From assembly GCA_001275005.1 (NCBI GenBank), contig JWZX01003219.1, positions 1 to 41,903 of the forward strand: a stretch of DNA of 41,903 nt, written 5' to 3'. A program made the position numbers and the translations under genes. Below the pieces are notes generated by a model, which was not told the origin of the DNA, did no database searches, and saw nothing but the letters and a program-made list of their open reading frames with translations. The DNA is from Chrysochromulina tobinii. Its lineage: Eukaryota. Of the stretch, positions 1 to 9,945 are shown one piece after another (within the stretch, counting starts at the first letter, position 1; each line of letters begins with the position of its first letter).

Positions 1-1327
1 GCGGGGGCTGCGGGGGCTGCGCCGTTACGGGCGCCTCCTCGCCGGCCTCGGCGCCGCCTGTAGGCTCTGCCACAGCGGTGGTGTCGTCTGGAGCGGCTGA
101 TGCGCCATCCGCTGATGCTTCTGTGGGTGTCGCTTTCTCTGCAGTCGTCGCCACGGCCGGCGCCGCACTGCCCGCTGCCGCCGTCGCCACGTCGGTCTTG
201 GCCGCAGCGTGTGACGGAGCCCTGTCAGACTCGATGGAGGTGGCAGCCTCAGCCATCGCAGCCGGTGACGTGGCCAACGACCCAGCCGGCGGCGCAGCTG
301 CTGGAATCGCGGGAGGCGCTGGCGCGGGTGGCGTGGGTGGGCGCGGGTGGGCGCGGGTGGCGCGGGTGGCGGTTCAGCGCCCAACGCAGCGCCCCGCACG
401 ATCGGGGCAAGCGGCACCACTTGAACCAGCTGTTGGTTCGGACCCACCGCGATCGGCAACCCAAGGGGCCCCATCCGGGCGCCGTGTTGAGCAAATCCGG
501 GCTGCGGCAGGCGCGAGGGTAGGACCCCGACGCCCACGGACCCCGGCGCCGGGGCGTGCCGAGAAGGCAAAGGCTGACGGGAGCGCCACCTGCGCCGCAT
601 TAGGCGCTCGCTGCCGCTTGGCCTGCTCGGGGGCGTGCAGCTTAGCGGGTGAGCTGATGCCGCGGTACATGTCGAAGGTGAGGCGCTGCGAGCTCTCGAG
701 GCCGCGCGAGCGCTCGCCGCGCGAGCGCGAGCCGAGGCGCCCCTTTTGCGTGTCGAAGGCGGGTGGCGATGAATGCACCATCAGCTGCGCTGGTGCATTT
801 GACTCCTCGCTGTACTGGCGGGCAAACCCCTGCGGGGGCGACAGGCGCACCGAGGGGTGCGGCGAGAGCGGCGAGTGCAACGCCTGCGAACCCGCCTGCG
901 AGCCCTGCAGCTGCGGAAGCAGCCCTTGCGGCGCGGTTGCGTAAGGCGAGAGCGCCGCCCTCTGGCGCGACGTCGGGGGTGACGAGCGCGAGGGACCGCC
1001 CTTGCGCAAGGGAGGCGCAACTCCGATCGGAGGCAGCGAGCTGTTGGACGCGACTGGAAAGAGCGGCGGCGAGACCTGTCGCATGGGCGAGCGCGGCGTC
1101 GTCACCGTTAGCAGCGTGGCGTCCTCGTCGATCGACATTGGTGTCAGGCGGTTGGGTGGTGGTCGCCGCCGGCCCATGCTGATCCGAGTGCGCCCACCAC
1201 GGGTCAACTCGCCAAAGTTGATGAGGCGCTTTCGCGGGGGCTTGAAGGCGTTCGTGTTGGCGGCGGCGAGCGGCGGGGCCTCGGGGCTATGGCTGGCCGC
1301 GGGCATGGGCTCCACCGCGTCAGCCAT
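1..1327 (-). CDS. Hypothetical Pro/Ser/Ala-rich low-complexity protein, truncated at the left window edge, with apparent frameshifts
   Basis: ATG at 1327 (MADAVEPM...). A plausible protein continues across frames if one base is removed at ~541-554 and one each at 339-341 and 349-351 (restores the PPA repeat phase). It then reads to the window edge. No family recognised. Confidence 0.5.
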
Positions 1328-1635
1328 GTGGGCGGTTGTGTACAGCAAGACCTCCAGTCGGTTCGGTCTTCCCCACAGCCCCTTGTTCCCACAGGGACAG
1401 GCTCCGGGTCACGACGTGGCCCGCATCTCGAGCGAAGACTCGTGTCGTGTTTTTCTTTTGTGTTACAGTCACTGTAATTAAAAGTTCCCATTTGTTCAGT
1501 TTTTCGCGCTTGCAACCAAAGACACCATACCGCGACCTCCGAATCGCCGTGGGCGGCGCACGAGTCGGCGCGTGCGCGAGCGCAGCGCAAGTCGCGCGCG
1601 CGAGCCAGAGGAGCGTGTGCGCGAGCTGGCGTATC

Positions 1636-2142
1636 ATGGCATCGATCGAAATGGAACGGTCCTCTGTCGCAACGGCGGCCTCGCTCCCGAAGCGGCCATC
1701 CTCCCTCTCCTTTGCTTTCCGCCTCGTGCGCTCCCTCGCGACCAAGGCGGCTGGGGCGACCTCACTCAAGAGTAGCGCCGTGGGCCACCCGCACTCGCGC
1801 TTCGAATCCGATGGTGTGATATTGGCTTCCACGGCTGACGAGAGATTGGACGTATGGGTTCGCCATGACAATGCCACGACTGAAGCCGCGACTGCGGCAG
1901 TTGCAGCCTCACCAGCGGCAACGCAGGAGGAAGACGAGACTTCCCCGTCGCCCGTTCCTGTGCGCCCCGCCTCTCCTCCCTCATTAGTCCAACGGGCGGG
2001 AGTCATGACCTCGAGCGTCTTCTCGCTGTCCTCGAGTGTGGACAATGACCAATCTCGCACGGCCCAATCTGATGAGGCTGAGGCATCAGATGACATATGG
2101 ATAGTGGATGACCCGCCCATCGCGTGGCAGATGACAATTTAG
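1636..2142 (+). CDS. Hypothetical Ser/Ala-rich protein (~168 aa)
   Basis: ATG at 1636 within ORF 1336..2142 (MASIEMERSS...), acidic C-terminus, divergent from the gene starting at 1327. No domain recognised. Confidence 0.45.
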   Translation: MASIEMERSSVATAASLPKRPSSLSFAFRLVRSLATKAAGATSLKSSAVGHPHSRFESDGVILASTADERLDVWVRHDNATTEAATAAVAASPAATQEEDETSPSPVPVRPASPPSLVQRAGVMTSSVFSLSSSVDNDQSRTAQSDEAEASDDIWIVDDPPIAWQMTI

Positions 2143-2862
2143 AGATCGCCCTGATAGCGTCCGAGCGCCAGCAGCGCGCATCGCTCGAGAGACGTCGATC
2201 GGCCGATCGGGGGGCTCCGGTTCGGTTCGTCGACGTAGACGAGATTTGTATTGTAACTTTAAACTTACAAGCTGGTCCCTACATTGGCGGGACCCACTGA
2301 ATTGCACGTGGGGGAATTTGAAGAGCTATAATTAGAGAGCGCATGGAAACCGCACGATCGTACGTGTACCGCCATGAAGTCGAACTCCCGACGAACCCGC
2401 ACGTCGACCCGCACGGACCGGTTGGGGTTGCCGTTTTATTACGTGCACGGTGGTGCAGAACTTAGTGCTGGTGGTGCTTTATTGGTGCTGGTGGGGACTT
2501 AAGCGTGTGAATCTAGAAAGAATTCCTCCCCAAACCCCTTTGGTTCAAATGAGAGAGGAAATTGATCCCGCCGCGCGGTCGCCAGGGTCCGCCCCGGGCG
2601 CCCCCAAGGTCCTACTGTCGCTCTTTACGGGCGTCCTTTACCGGGGGCCGCAAACCCGCAATGTTCCACGTTTGGCCATTAAAACTCTGTGTTTCCTCTG
2701 TGTTTGCGCCGGAGCCGCGCCCACCCGATATCTCGCGCCGGCGGCGGCGGGCGCCCCAAAGGAGGCGAATGCGCGCCCGCTTTACATTAGTAGAATTTTT
2801 GAAATTGACACTGAACGTTTCAGACCTGTTTCTTCAAAGCCCGAGAAGTTCATCCTGTCGTC

Positions 2863-2896
2863 GGTCCACATATCGAGTGAGGTCCACATATCGAGT
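2863..2896 (+). repeat. 16-bp direct repeat GGTCCACATATCGAGT x2
   Basis: Exact copies at 2863-2878 and 2881-2896, upstream of the CDS at 3032. Confidence 0.85.
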
Positions 2897-3031
2897 AGAG
2901 GACACGGCCGAGTGTGCCGGCGCCCAGAGCAAGCTAGTGGATCCGCACGCGCCCAGCTTGCCTATCCGTTCATTCCGTCTGCTCGCTTCTCCCTTCCGCG
3001 CAGGTGTGTTTCCTCGTATACGCTTCCAGGC

Positions 3032-3433
3032 ATGTCGACGAAGCCATTCAAGTCGATGATGGATGAGATCATGGCGCGTCCAAAGGACTTCAAGAGCTAC
3101 TCGAAGGCGCAGCGCACCATCGACGGACAGTACGGTCCGGAGCAGTTGGGCGTCGTGCGGTACCCGTACTCGACTTCCGAGCGCCTCTACAAGAACGACT
3201 TCCGCGCGATCGTCAGCAACCGACTGACGCACCCCTATTGCTTGACCTGCAAGAAAGGCGCTGGCTCGATTCCATTCAATATCCTCAGTGGCTCGAACTT
3301 TGACGACGACAAGGTGAACGCAGCCGCGAACTGGATCTCCGAGCAAGAGCGCTCGTACGTGCTCAAGAGCCTCACCGCCGGAAAGTCGATCGAGCCCACC
3401 GGCATTCGCACTGAGTGCAGCTTCATCGGGTAG
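3032..3433 (+). CDS. Hypothetical protein (133 aa)
   Basis: ATG at 3032 (MSTKPFKSMMDEIMARPKDF...), strong G/C third-position bias and globular composition. The upstream part of ORF 2450..3433 looks non-coding. Confidence 0.7.
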   Translation: MSTKPFKSMMDEIMARPKDFKSYSKAQRTIDGQYGPEQLGVVRYPYSTSERLYKNDFRAIVSNRLTHPYCLTCKKGAGSIPFNILSGSNFDDDKVNAAANWISEQERSYVLKSLTAGKSIEPTGIRTECSFIG

Positions 3434-4083
3434 ACGTACTGAGCGCGCCTGGCGTAGCTGCTATCCTTGACGAGTGAGACTGGAGATGTCGAGCCTCGTT
3501 CCATCGCGTGGTCATGCGCGAGACTGTTGAGATGCTGTTTGCTGAGGGATGCTTGATGAAGATTGAGAGCTGGATCGAGACGGTACACACCCGCACCATA
3601 CATGACGGCGTAGGGCGTACGGCTGCGTTACCCTCCAAGCCTTGCTACGACGCCCGCCCGGAACACCCCCAGCGGCACGCGCGTACAACCGCGGCCTGTC
3701 TAAAGTGTGTATTCGGGTGTCGCGCGCTGTAGGACGGTGCGCACGCGGCACGGTCATTGGGCACGGTGACATGGTACACGGCGCCGCCGGCGCCGCGCGC
3801 GCCCCGCGGCGGCCGCGGGGGATGGTGGCAATGATAAGCACTCTCGAAGTCTGATCTGATCCAACGCTATATGACTTACGACAGCACACAGGGCACGCGC
3901 GCCGACGTACGTTGAGCAGCGCCGGCGACGGTCGCGCCGGGACGCGGCGAACGTAAGGTAAGGTGGAGCCGGACGGCCATCTCCGGCGGCGCGGTCTCCG
4001 AGCATGGAGGCTCTCCGGACGTCGCACACAGAGCGCAGTTCGATACTGCTGCACACAGATCGCGTAGTGGTGAGGAGGACGAA

Positions 4084-4713
4084 CTAGACAGCCTGTGCAC
4101 TCGCCTGAATGATGCCCAGCTCGCGCTTGAGCTGCTCGTGCATCTTTGCGAACCTGACGAGCAGAGCACCCACGCGCGCCGTGAGCAATTGTGGGTAAAG
4201 TGGCAGGTGGCGCGGACGACGGACGAGGCGGCAGCACGCGAACCGTGTGAGCTCATCGCGATGCTGCTGAGCACGGCGGCGCTGGAGGTCCTTGTCCTTC
4301 TCGACCGCCTCCAGCTTCTCGCTCAGTGCGTACGCTTGCTGCTCCACACGCACATGCTCCTCATGCGCCTTGGTCCACTCGCACCGCTGGGCGTCGTACG
4401 TGCAGCCGATCGACTCGGCCTCCTTGCCGACCGACACCTTCTGCTGGCGGACAGCTTTCAACTCCTGCTGCCTTGCGTATTTCAGCGCGTGCATCTTCTC
4501 ATATGCAAGCTTGCTCTCGACGTAGCGCAGCTTGAGCTTCCGCTCCTCCTCCTCGAGTGCGGCGATCTCTGCATCGTTGGCCTCGACCTGCTGCCGGGCT
4601 TTGTCGCACTCTGTGCGCCCGCCCTCGCATTGCAGGTTGGTCGCGTGCAGCGAGTGCCGCGATTTGACCAGCTTCGAGGCCAGCGACTGCAGCGGGGCCG
4701 TGAAGGCCGGCAT
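4084..4713 (-). CDS. Coiled-coil protein, one probable intron (4154-4243); the 3' end is uncertain
   Basis: E/K/Q/R-rich heptad sequence. An in-frame non-coiled insert is bounded by GT (4243) and CAG (4154); removing it gives ...DELTRFAKMHEQLKRE. A further GC-donor intron near the 3' end is possible. Confidence 0.7.
   Translation of the reverse strand: MPAFTAPLQSLASKLVKSRHSLHATNLQCEGGRTECDKARQQVEANDAEIAALEEEERKLKLRYVESKLAYEKMHALKYARQQELKAVRQQKVSVGKEAESIGCTYDAQRCEWTKAHEEHVRVEQQAYALSEKLEAVEKDKDLQRRRAQQHRDELTRFACCRLVRRPRHLPLYPQLLTARVGALLVRFAKMHEQLKRELGIIQASAQAV
4154..4243 (-). other. Spliceosomal intron, 90 bp, GT-AG
   Basis: Minus strand reads acacg|GTTCGCgtg...ctcgtCAG|gttcgcaaag. The first 6 intron bases repeat the first 6 bases of the next exon. 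Confidence 0.65.
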
Positions 4714-4867
4714 CTAGTACGGTGAAACCCGCGGGAAAGCAGACTTTTCCAAAGATGCCAGGACTCGACGAAAACGATTGGACGATCGCATCTCCAGATC
4801 ATCGATCGCTTCGAGTTGAGTGAGGTGACCTTTTCATTTCGCTCGCGAGGTGTTAACACGTTTGCAC

Positions 4868-5602
4868 ATGCTGCGCGCGTTCTCCCGAGTGACGATCGTG
4901 CCGCTGTACCGTCGCACGCCACTCGCGTGCCATGCGCGATCAGTGTGGAAGCCTGCCGGTCTCGCACCCCCACCGCCGAGCAATGATCGCGAACTGGCCG
5001 TTAAATTCGTCGAGGAGCGTGGCTATGAGCGCGCCATTGCAAACGCCGTCGTTGTTACCCTTTCAGGAGAAGGCTGGGCGTCGGAAGCTGCATCAGCCGG
5101 TGGCCTTTTCGCGCTCGCCAAGCGACTTGCCGGCCGTTGGGAGATGGGTGCTGACGAAGGCCTGCACGACCTCGCCAAGTCGATTGAGTTTGAGCTCGCA
5201 GCCAAGGCGGGCAAGAAGAACGTGACCTTCTTGGTGATGCCGCCGCGAGGCGAGCCGTTCACGTGCGAAGCGCTCGAGGGTATGTCACTGAAAGAGGTGG
5301 CCGAACACGGCGAGACAGATGGCGCTCGGCAACTCGCCGAGCTCCTCGAGTGCGCGTGCGCCGGTGTCATGGCTTGCTCGACTTGCCATGTGTACGTTGA
5401 CACCGATTGGCTAGCCGCCGTGGGACCGCCCAGCGAAGCAGAAGAGGACATGCTCGACCTGGCCTTCGAGCGGCGGGATGAATCGCGCCTCGGCTGCCAA
5501 ATAAGACTCAACCCCGCTCTCGATGGCTTGCGCGTTTCCATCCCTGGCGGCGCACACAATCTGTTTGATTACATTCCGTTTGAGGACAACAACAAAACGT
5601 AG
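4868..5602 (+). CDS. Adrenodoxin-type 2Fe-2S ferredoxin, probably mitochondrial, with N-terminal extension
   Basis: Motifs CACAGVMACSTCHVYV, EEDMLDLA and SRLGCQI. Arg-rich acid-free N-terminus (MLRAFSRVTIVPLYRR) resembles a mitochondrial presequence. ATG at 4868. Confidence 0.92.
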   Translation: MLRAFSRVTIVPLYRRTPLACHARSVWKPAGLAPPPPSNDRELAVKFVEERGYERAIANAVVVTLSGEGWASEAASAGGLFALAKRLAGRWEMGADEGLHDLAKSIEFELAAKAGKKNVTFLVMPPRGEPFTCEALEGMSLKEVAEHGETDGARQLAELLECACAGVMACSTCHVYVDTDWLAAVGPPSEAEEDMLDLAFERRDESRLGCQIRLNPALDGLRVSIPGGAHNLFDYIPFEDNNKT

Positions 5603-5803
5603 GTGAATCTGATCGGAGAGTATATTCGTACTGTACTAGGAGCATTGCTGACAGGACAGGGTGCGCATTTGTTTTATGAGCATATAGTAGATCACTTATT
5701 AAATGTTAGGAAAGCTGAAGATTTTAGGACGCCCCCCCTATGGCTATGCGTTTAAGGCCCTATCAGGAAAGCGAGCCGCAACCCCGGCCGGTTTTGAGCT
5801 TCA

Positions 5804-5853
5804 AACACGGTTACGATTTAATCTTCTACCAGATGGCATCACCCACATGCACT
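5804..5853 (+). repeat. 50-bp displaced copy of coding sequence 6140-6189
   Basis: AACACGGTTACGATTTA(A/C)TCTTCTACCAGATGGCATCACCC(A/G)CATGCACT, 48/50 identical. Followed by GTGTGAGTGCCAG x2 (5857-5869, 5872-5884). Confidence 0.9.
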
Positions 5854-5952
5854 GAAGTGTGAGTGCCAGATGTGTGAGTGCCAGGATGGCTCGTGTGAAG
5901 AGATGTCAAGGCCATTCCCCGTGGCGACCCCGAGTCGACGCACGTCGGACGC

Positions 5953-7932
5953 ATGGCCAAGCGGCAGCTGGTAGACTACGTTCACCTCGACCGGAATACC
6001 AGGGTACATGTGCTTGCGCGCGCAAAGACAGCCATCGTGATGTCTGACCACCGTTCGCCGACGCTCGGCTCGAGCGCGCGCGCGACGACTCTGACATATC
6101 CTGCCCTCGCGTTTGCGCTTAATGCCATGTACGCGTGCGAACACGGTTACGATTTACTCTTCTACCAGATGGCATCACCCGCATGCACTCACACTTCACA
6201 GGGCGTGCGAGGAGCCAGCTATTGCAAACTTCCAGCCATCGCGCATGCGCTGACACGGTACGAGGTTGTAGCCTTCATCGATTCCGACTCCTTCTTCCTC
6301 GAGCGGAACCTCTCGCTTCCAGCGCTCGTGGCACGGTACGCACCGCGATCGGCAGACCAGCCAGCTACAGCTGCCGCATGGTTCGCTAATGACCTGCCGC
6401 AGCTCGGCGAGCGCGCCAATGGTGGCTTTCACGTATGGTACCGTGGGAGTGGGACGACACGCACCTTGCGCACGTGGTGGCACCTGCCAGCCGCGCGCTT
6501 TGCGGTCGAGCACGACTTTGAGCAGCATGCGCTGCAGTGGACACTCAGCCATCTTGCAGACGCCGTTCCGCTCCTCGGCACCTTGCAGATGCATGCCATG
6601 GCGGACGCGGCGCTCACGTTCAAGTACGCGATCGCACACGCCGACCACACCAAGGCGGCTCGGCGATTATGGGTCATGTCCATTGAGCTCCTCGACGCTT
6701 CCCTTGAAGATGGCCCTTCGAACCGCTCGGCCGACCGCGATGATGCCGCTAAGAGGCGTCGTCGCAAGCGCGCGTCGCTCGTGCGCGAGGCCCGCTCGGT
6801 GCCGTCGACGGCCGAGCCGCCCGACCCTTTGCTCCAGCGCGTGCTTCGGGCCGCTGCCACTGAGCTGCGCGAAGGCCACGGGCTGCCTGGCCACAAGCTG
6901 ACGCTCAATGCGCCCGAGGGACGTTGCCCTGCCGGCGGGCGAATGGGCGGGAAGGGCTCGTGGCGCACACTAGCGTACAACGCGAGCGAGATGGCGAGCG
7001 AGGAGCTGCCCGCTGCAGACTTGCTTGGAGCCGCTGGCCTGCCTCTGGTGCTGCTCCCGTGCTCTGGCGAGGACGGCGGTGGCAGCGACCGCGGCGATGG
7101 CGTCGGCGCTGGTGGCGTCGGCGCTGGTGGCGGCAGCGGCGCTGCCGCCGGCGGCGGCGTTGTCTCGAGCGCGCTGCAGGAGTGGCAGCGCCTCGAAGGC
7201 GGTGGCTGGCGGCTGGCCGGTCGGCCGGCCTTCTGCTTGGGCGCCGGCCCGCGCAAAGCTGCCAAGACTCCCTACCCGCACCTCGCCAGCCTGCATCGCT
7301 GTCCTCGCCCGCATCACGGCTCAGACACCTCGTACGCGGCTCGAACGGCTCTAACGGCGGTCGGAGTGGACGGCGAGGTCATCCGCACGCTGGCGCCCTT
7401 GGCAGTGGTGCGCCAGGCGCTGAGGGCCGCTGCCAAGCGTGGCCGTGCTTCAGGCCCACAGTCTGATTCACAGTCCGATTCACAGTCCGTCCAGCCGCGG
7501 GAGCCCCTGCCTTCGTCGCGCGCAGTGCGGCGTCGGCTGTCGGCGTCGCCCTTTCGAGAGCGACAGTCCGCGTCGCGACGATTACGCGAGCGTAAGCCAG
7601 GTTCCCGGGCGCGCAAGGCTCCCTTTTGGCAGGATGGCAGTCTCAAGGTAAGCAGCATGACCACCCACCTTTGCCTGAGCACGTGGCGCGCGCAGCTCGG
7701 TGTCGGAGCCGCCGTCGTCTTCACGCCATGCGTGCTGGACGCGTCCGCTCGAGAGCACGCTGCCGCCCAGGCGAGCAGCAGCGGCGGCGACCACTCCCAA
7801 AGCGGTCCGATGCGACTCACCGTGCTACCATCGAGGGTGAAAGGAGACGTTGCCAAGCTTCAGTTAGGCGACGCTGGACGCGCTGGCGCTCTCTGCGTGT
7901 CAGCACGCATCGAGGGAGTTAGCTGGGATTGA
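5953..7932 (+). CDS. GT34-like (MNN10/GMA12-type) glycosyltransferase with possible C-terminal ricin-B-like segments
   Basis: Motif order NAMYACEHGYDL, YCKLPAI, FIDSDSFF (DxD), NGGF, FEQHAL fits GT34-like enzymes. C-terminal QEW...FCLGA, HLCLS...FTPC and LCVSA resemble beta-trefoil repeats. Start uncertain. Confidence 0.7.
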   Translation: MAKRQLVDYVHLDRNTRVHVLARAKTAIVMSDHRSPTLGSSARATTLTYPALAFALNAMYACEHGYDLLFYQMASPACTHTSQGVRGASYCKLPAIAHALTRYEVVAFIDSDSFFLERNLSLPALVARYAPRSADQPATAAAWFANDLPQLGERANGGFHVWYRGSGTTRTLRTWWHLPAARFAVEHDFEQHALQWTLSHLADAVPLLGTLQMHAMADAALTFKYAIAHADHTKAARRLWVMSIELLDASLEDGPSNRSADRDDAAKRRRRKRASLVREARSVPSTAEPPDPLLQRVLRAAATELREGHGLPGHKLTLNAPEGRCPAGGRMGGKGSWRTLAYNASEMASEELPAADLLGAAGLPLVLLPCSGEDGGGSDRGDGVGAGGVGAGGGSGAAAGGGVVSSALQEWQRLEGGGWRLAGRPAFCLGAGPRKAAKTPYPHLASLHRCPRPHHGSDTSYAARTALTAVGVDGEVIRTLAPLAVVRQALRAAAKRGRASGPQSDSQSDSQSVQPREPLPSSRAVRRRLSASPFRERQSASRRLRERKPGSRARKAPFWQDGSLKVSSMTTHLCLSTWRAQLGVGAAVVFTPCVLDASAREHAAAQASSSGGDHSQSGPMRLTVLPSRVKGDVAKLQLGDAGRAGALCVSARIEGVSWD

Positions 7933-8404
7933 CATATGTTGAGTTCTCTCAGTGCCTGGTAGTGGAGGTTTAGTGTTAGAATGTCAGCCGTAGTGCGTAA
8001 AGCTACACGGCTCTCCGGTACGTTCGCGGTTCTTACCGGGGGCAGCAATGACGACCTGCAACGCAAGGTCGCTTGCGCCGCGCCGCGCGCGCGAAATCCG
8101 AATAGTTACTTTCCGGCTCTGTATCGGTATACCGGCTTTGGTGGCGGTGCGTTCTTCCGAAGACGGAAATACGGTCTACCTATTTAGCTATTATTACTTT
8201 TTTAGATCTCTATTGATCCACCGCTTGTAATACGATTAATATTGTGGTGAGCGAGCGGTGTCCATAGCGCATAGGGGGTTCTTCGGTGATTATTCTATAT
8301 TATCGACGAAAAACCAAAAAAGAAATAGCTCAGAGGCTACCATATAAATTGTTGCTCCGGGATTAGCCGGACCGCTTTTGTCATAGTCCGAGTTCTGTAC
8401 GCGC

Positions 8405-9730
8405 TTAATTGGCGCCGAGGACGTTGACGCAGTTAAGGTCCGCCATGGCCTCGCCGAGACGCTTGGCCATTGACTGCTCAGCGGCGCGAAGGGACATGCG
8501 CGGGTCGTAGTACTTCTTGTTCGGCTTGGTCGCGCCCTCGGGGTTGCCGATCTGGCCCTGCAGGTAGTCGCGGTTCTTGGCCTCGTACTGGCGAATGCCA
8601 TCCCAGAACGACCACTGCGTGTCCGTGTCGATGTTCATCTTGATCGTGCCGGCCTCGATGGCGTAGCGGATGTCCTCCCGGGACGAGCCCGAGCCGCCGT
8701 GGAAGACGAAGAAGGCCGGCTTCTTGTTGGCGCCCCCCAGCTTCTCCGAGATGTATTTCTGCGAGTTGTGGAGGATTACGGGCTGCAGGTCGATCTTGCC
8801 AGCGTACACGCCGTGCACGTTGCCGAAGGCGGCGGCAATGGTGAACTGACCGTTGGGCACGGCCGAGAGCGCCTTGTACACCTGCCACACCTCGTCGGGC
8901 TGAGTGTAGAGGCGCGACGCGTCGACGCCCTCGTTGTTGACGCCGTCCTCCTCGCCGCCGGTCACGCCGAGCTCCATCTCGAGCAGCAGGTTCACCTTGC
9001 TCATGCGCTCGAGGTACTTTTTGCACGTCTCAATGTTCTCCTCGAGGGGCTCCTCGGACAGGTCGAGCATGTGCGACGAGAAGAGCGGCTCGCCGTGGGT
9101 TTTGAAGTACGCCTCGTTGGCCTCGATCAGGCCGTCAAACCACGGCAGCCACTCACGCATGCAGTGGTCGGTGTGCAGGATGACTGGCACGCCGTACAGC
9201 TTGGCGACCTCGCGCACATGCAGGGCGCCCGCAATGCAGCCGGCGATGCTCGCAGCATCGTTCGTGTTGTCCGCAGTTTTGCCAGCGTAGAACTGGCCGC
9301 CGCCGCGCGAGAACTGAATGATCATGGGGCCACCGCACTTCTTGGCCGCCTCGAGGCAGCCGCTGATGGAGCACGACGAGACGACATTCACAGCTGGGAT
9401 CGCATAGCCATTCGTTTTGGCGTGCTCAAGCAGGTCGGTAAGAGCCTTTCCAGTCACGACACCGGGCTTGACCGAAGTCGGGAGGGGAGTGATGGTCTTC
9501 ACCTGCATGCTGATGGGGCCAGCACGGCCCTGCGTGCACAGCAGGCAACATACGCAGCGCTCACCGTCGGAGCTTACCATAAGGACGGCGCATGTGCTGG
9601 CAAACGCGTCACAGCAGCCAGCGCTATGCCAGGCAACGGCGGTCGTGAATGTGCAAACAATTTCAGGCGATGCAGAGGGGCAGGCGCGCACCACATTGAG
9701 CGCCAGCCCAGAGATGACGAAAGAGAGCAT
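8405..9730 (-). CDS. FBA: Fructose-1,6-bisphosphate aldolase class II (type A), plastid-targeted; intron 9530-9691; ~387 aa
   Basis: Motifs YAIPAVNV, VILHTDHC, FSSHMLDLSEE, EMELGVTGGEEDG, FGNVHG, VFHGGSG, KMNIDTD, KKYYDPR. Spliced leader MLSFVISGLALNVGRAGPISM resembles a short bipartite plastid presequence. Confidence 0.96.
   Translation of the reverse strand: MLSFVISGLALNVVRACPSASPEIVCTFTTAVAWHSAGCCDAFASTCAVLMVSSDGERCVCCLLCTQGRAGPISMQVKTITPLPTSVKPGVVTGKALTDLLEHAKTNGYAIPAVNVVSSCSISGCLEAAKKCGGPMIIQFSRGGGQFYAGKTADNTNDAASIAGCIAGALHVREVAKLYGVPVILHTDHCMREWLPWFDGLIEANEAYFKTHGEPLFSSHMLDLSEEPLEENIETCKKYLERMSKVNLLLEMELGVTGGEEDGVNNEGVDASRLYTQPDEVWQVYKALSAVPNGQFTIAAAFGNVHGVYAGKIDLQPVILHNSQKYISEKLGGANKKPAFFVFHGGSGSSREDIRYAIEAGTIKMNIDTDTQWSFWDGIRQYEAKNRDYLQGQIGNPEGATKPNKKYYDPRMSLRAAEQSMAKRLGEAMADLNCVNVLGAN
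9530..9691 (-). other. Spliceosomal intron, 162 bp, GT-AG
   Basis: aatgtg|GTGCGC...gcacgCAG|ggccgt; in frame; removes a Cys-rich non-homologous insert. Confidence 0.8.
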
Positions 9731-9945
9731 CGATTCCGCGGCGGAAAATCTCGATTCCCGAGAGCAGAATCTTTCTGGGCCGCATGAAAAGTTAAGGAGT
9801 GTGGAAACAAAGGTGGGCGGTGGACGGTGAGCGGTGAGGCGCGATGTATATATGAGGAGCTTCACAATGAAAACTCGAAAAAAACTCGATCTCGTACTGA
9901 GATCCTTCTGAATCCCCGATCTCGCACTCCGCCGAACTCGATACC
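9731..9945. promoter_or_regulatory. Putative bidirectional promoter shared by the two aldolase genes (215 bp)
   Basis: Lies between divergent ATGs at 9730 and 9946. Contains a central TGTATATATG and several CTCGA/ATCTCG motifs. Confidence 0.65.

Noticed and set aside
374..376. Selenocysteine read-through of the TGA ending ORF 374..1348 (and of TGA at 13081-13083)
   Set aside because: No redox motif context or recognisable SECIS; explained by a frameshift and an intron respectively.
2150..2860. Possible transposon or MITE in a longer, AT-richer intergenic region (likewise 28700-29170)
   Set aside because: No convincing terminal inverted repeats, target duplication or transposase could be seen by eye.
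3512..4083. Separate gene in ORFs 3512..4237 / 3754..4056
   Set aside because: No recognisable protein; more likely the 3' exon or UTR of the coiled-coil gene; the frame could not be determined.
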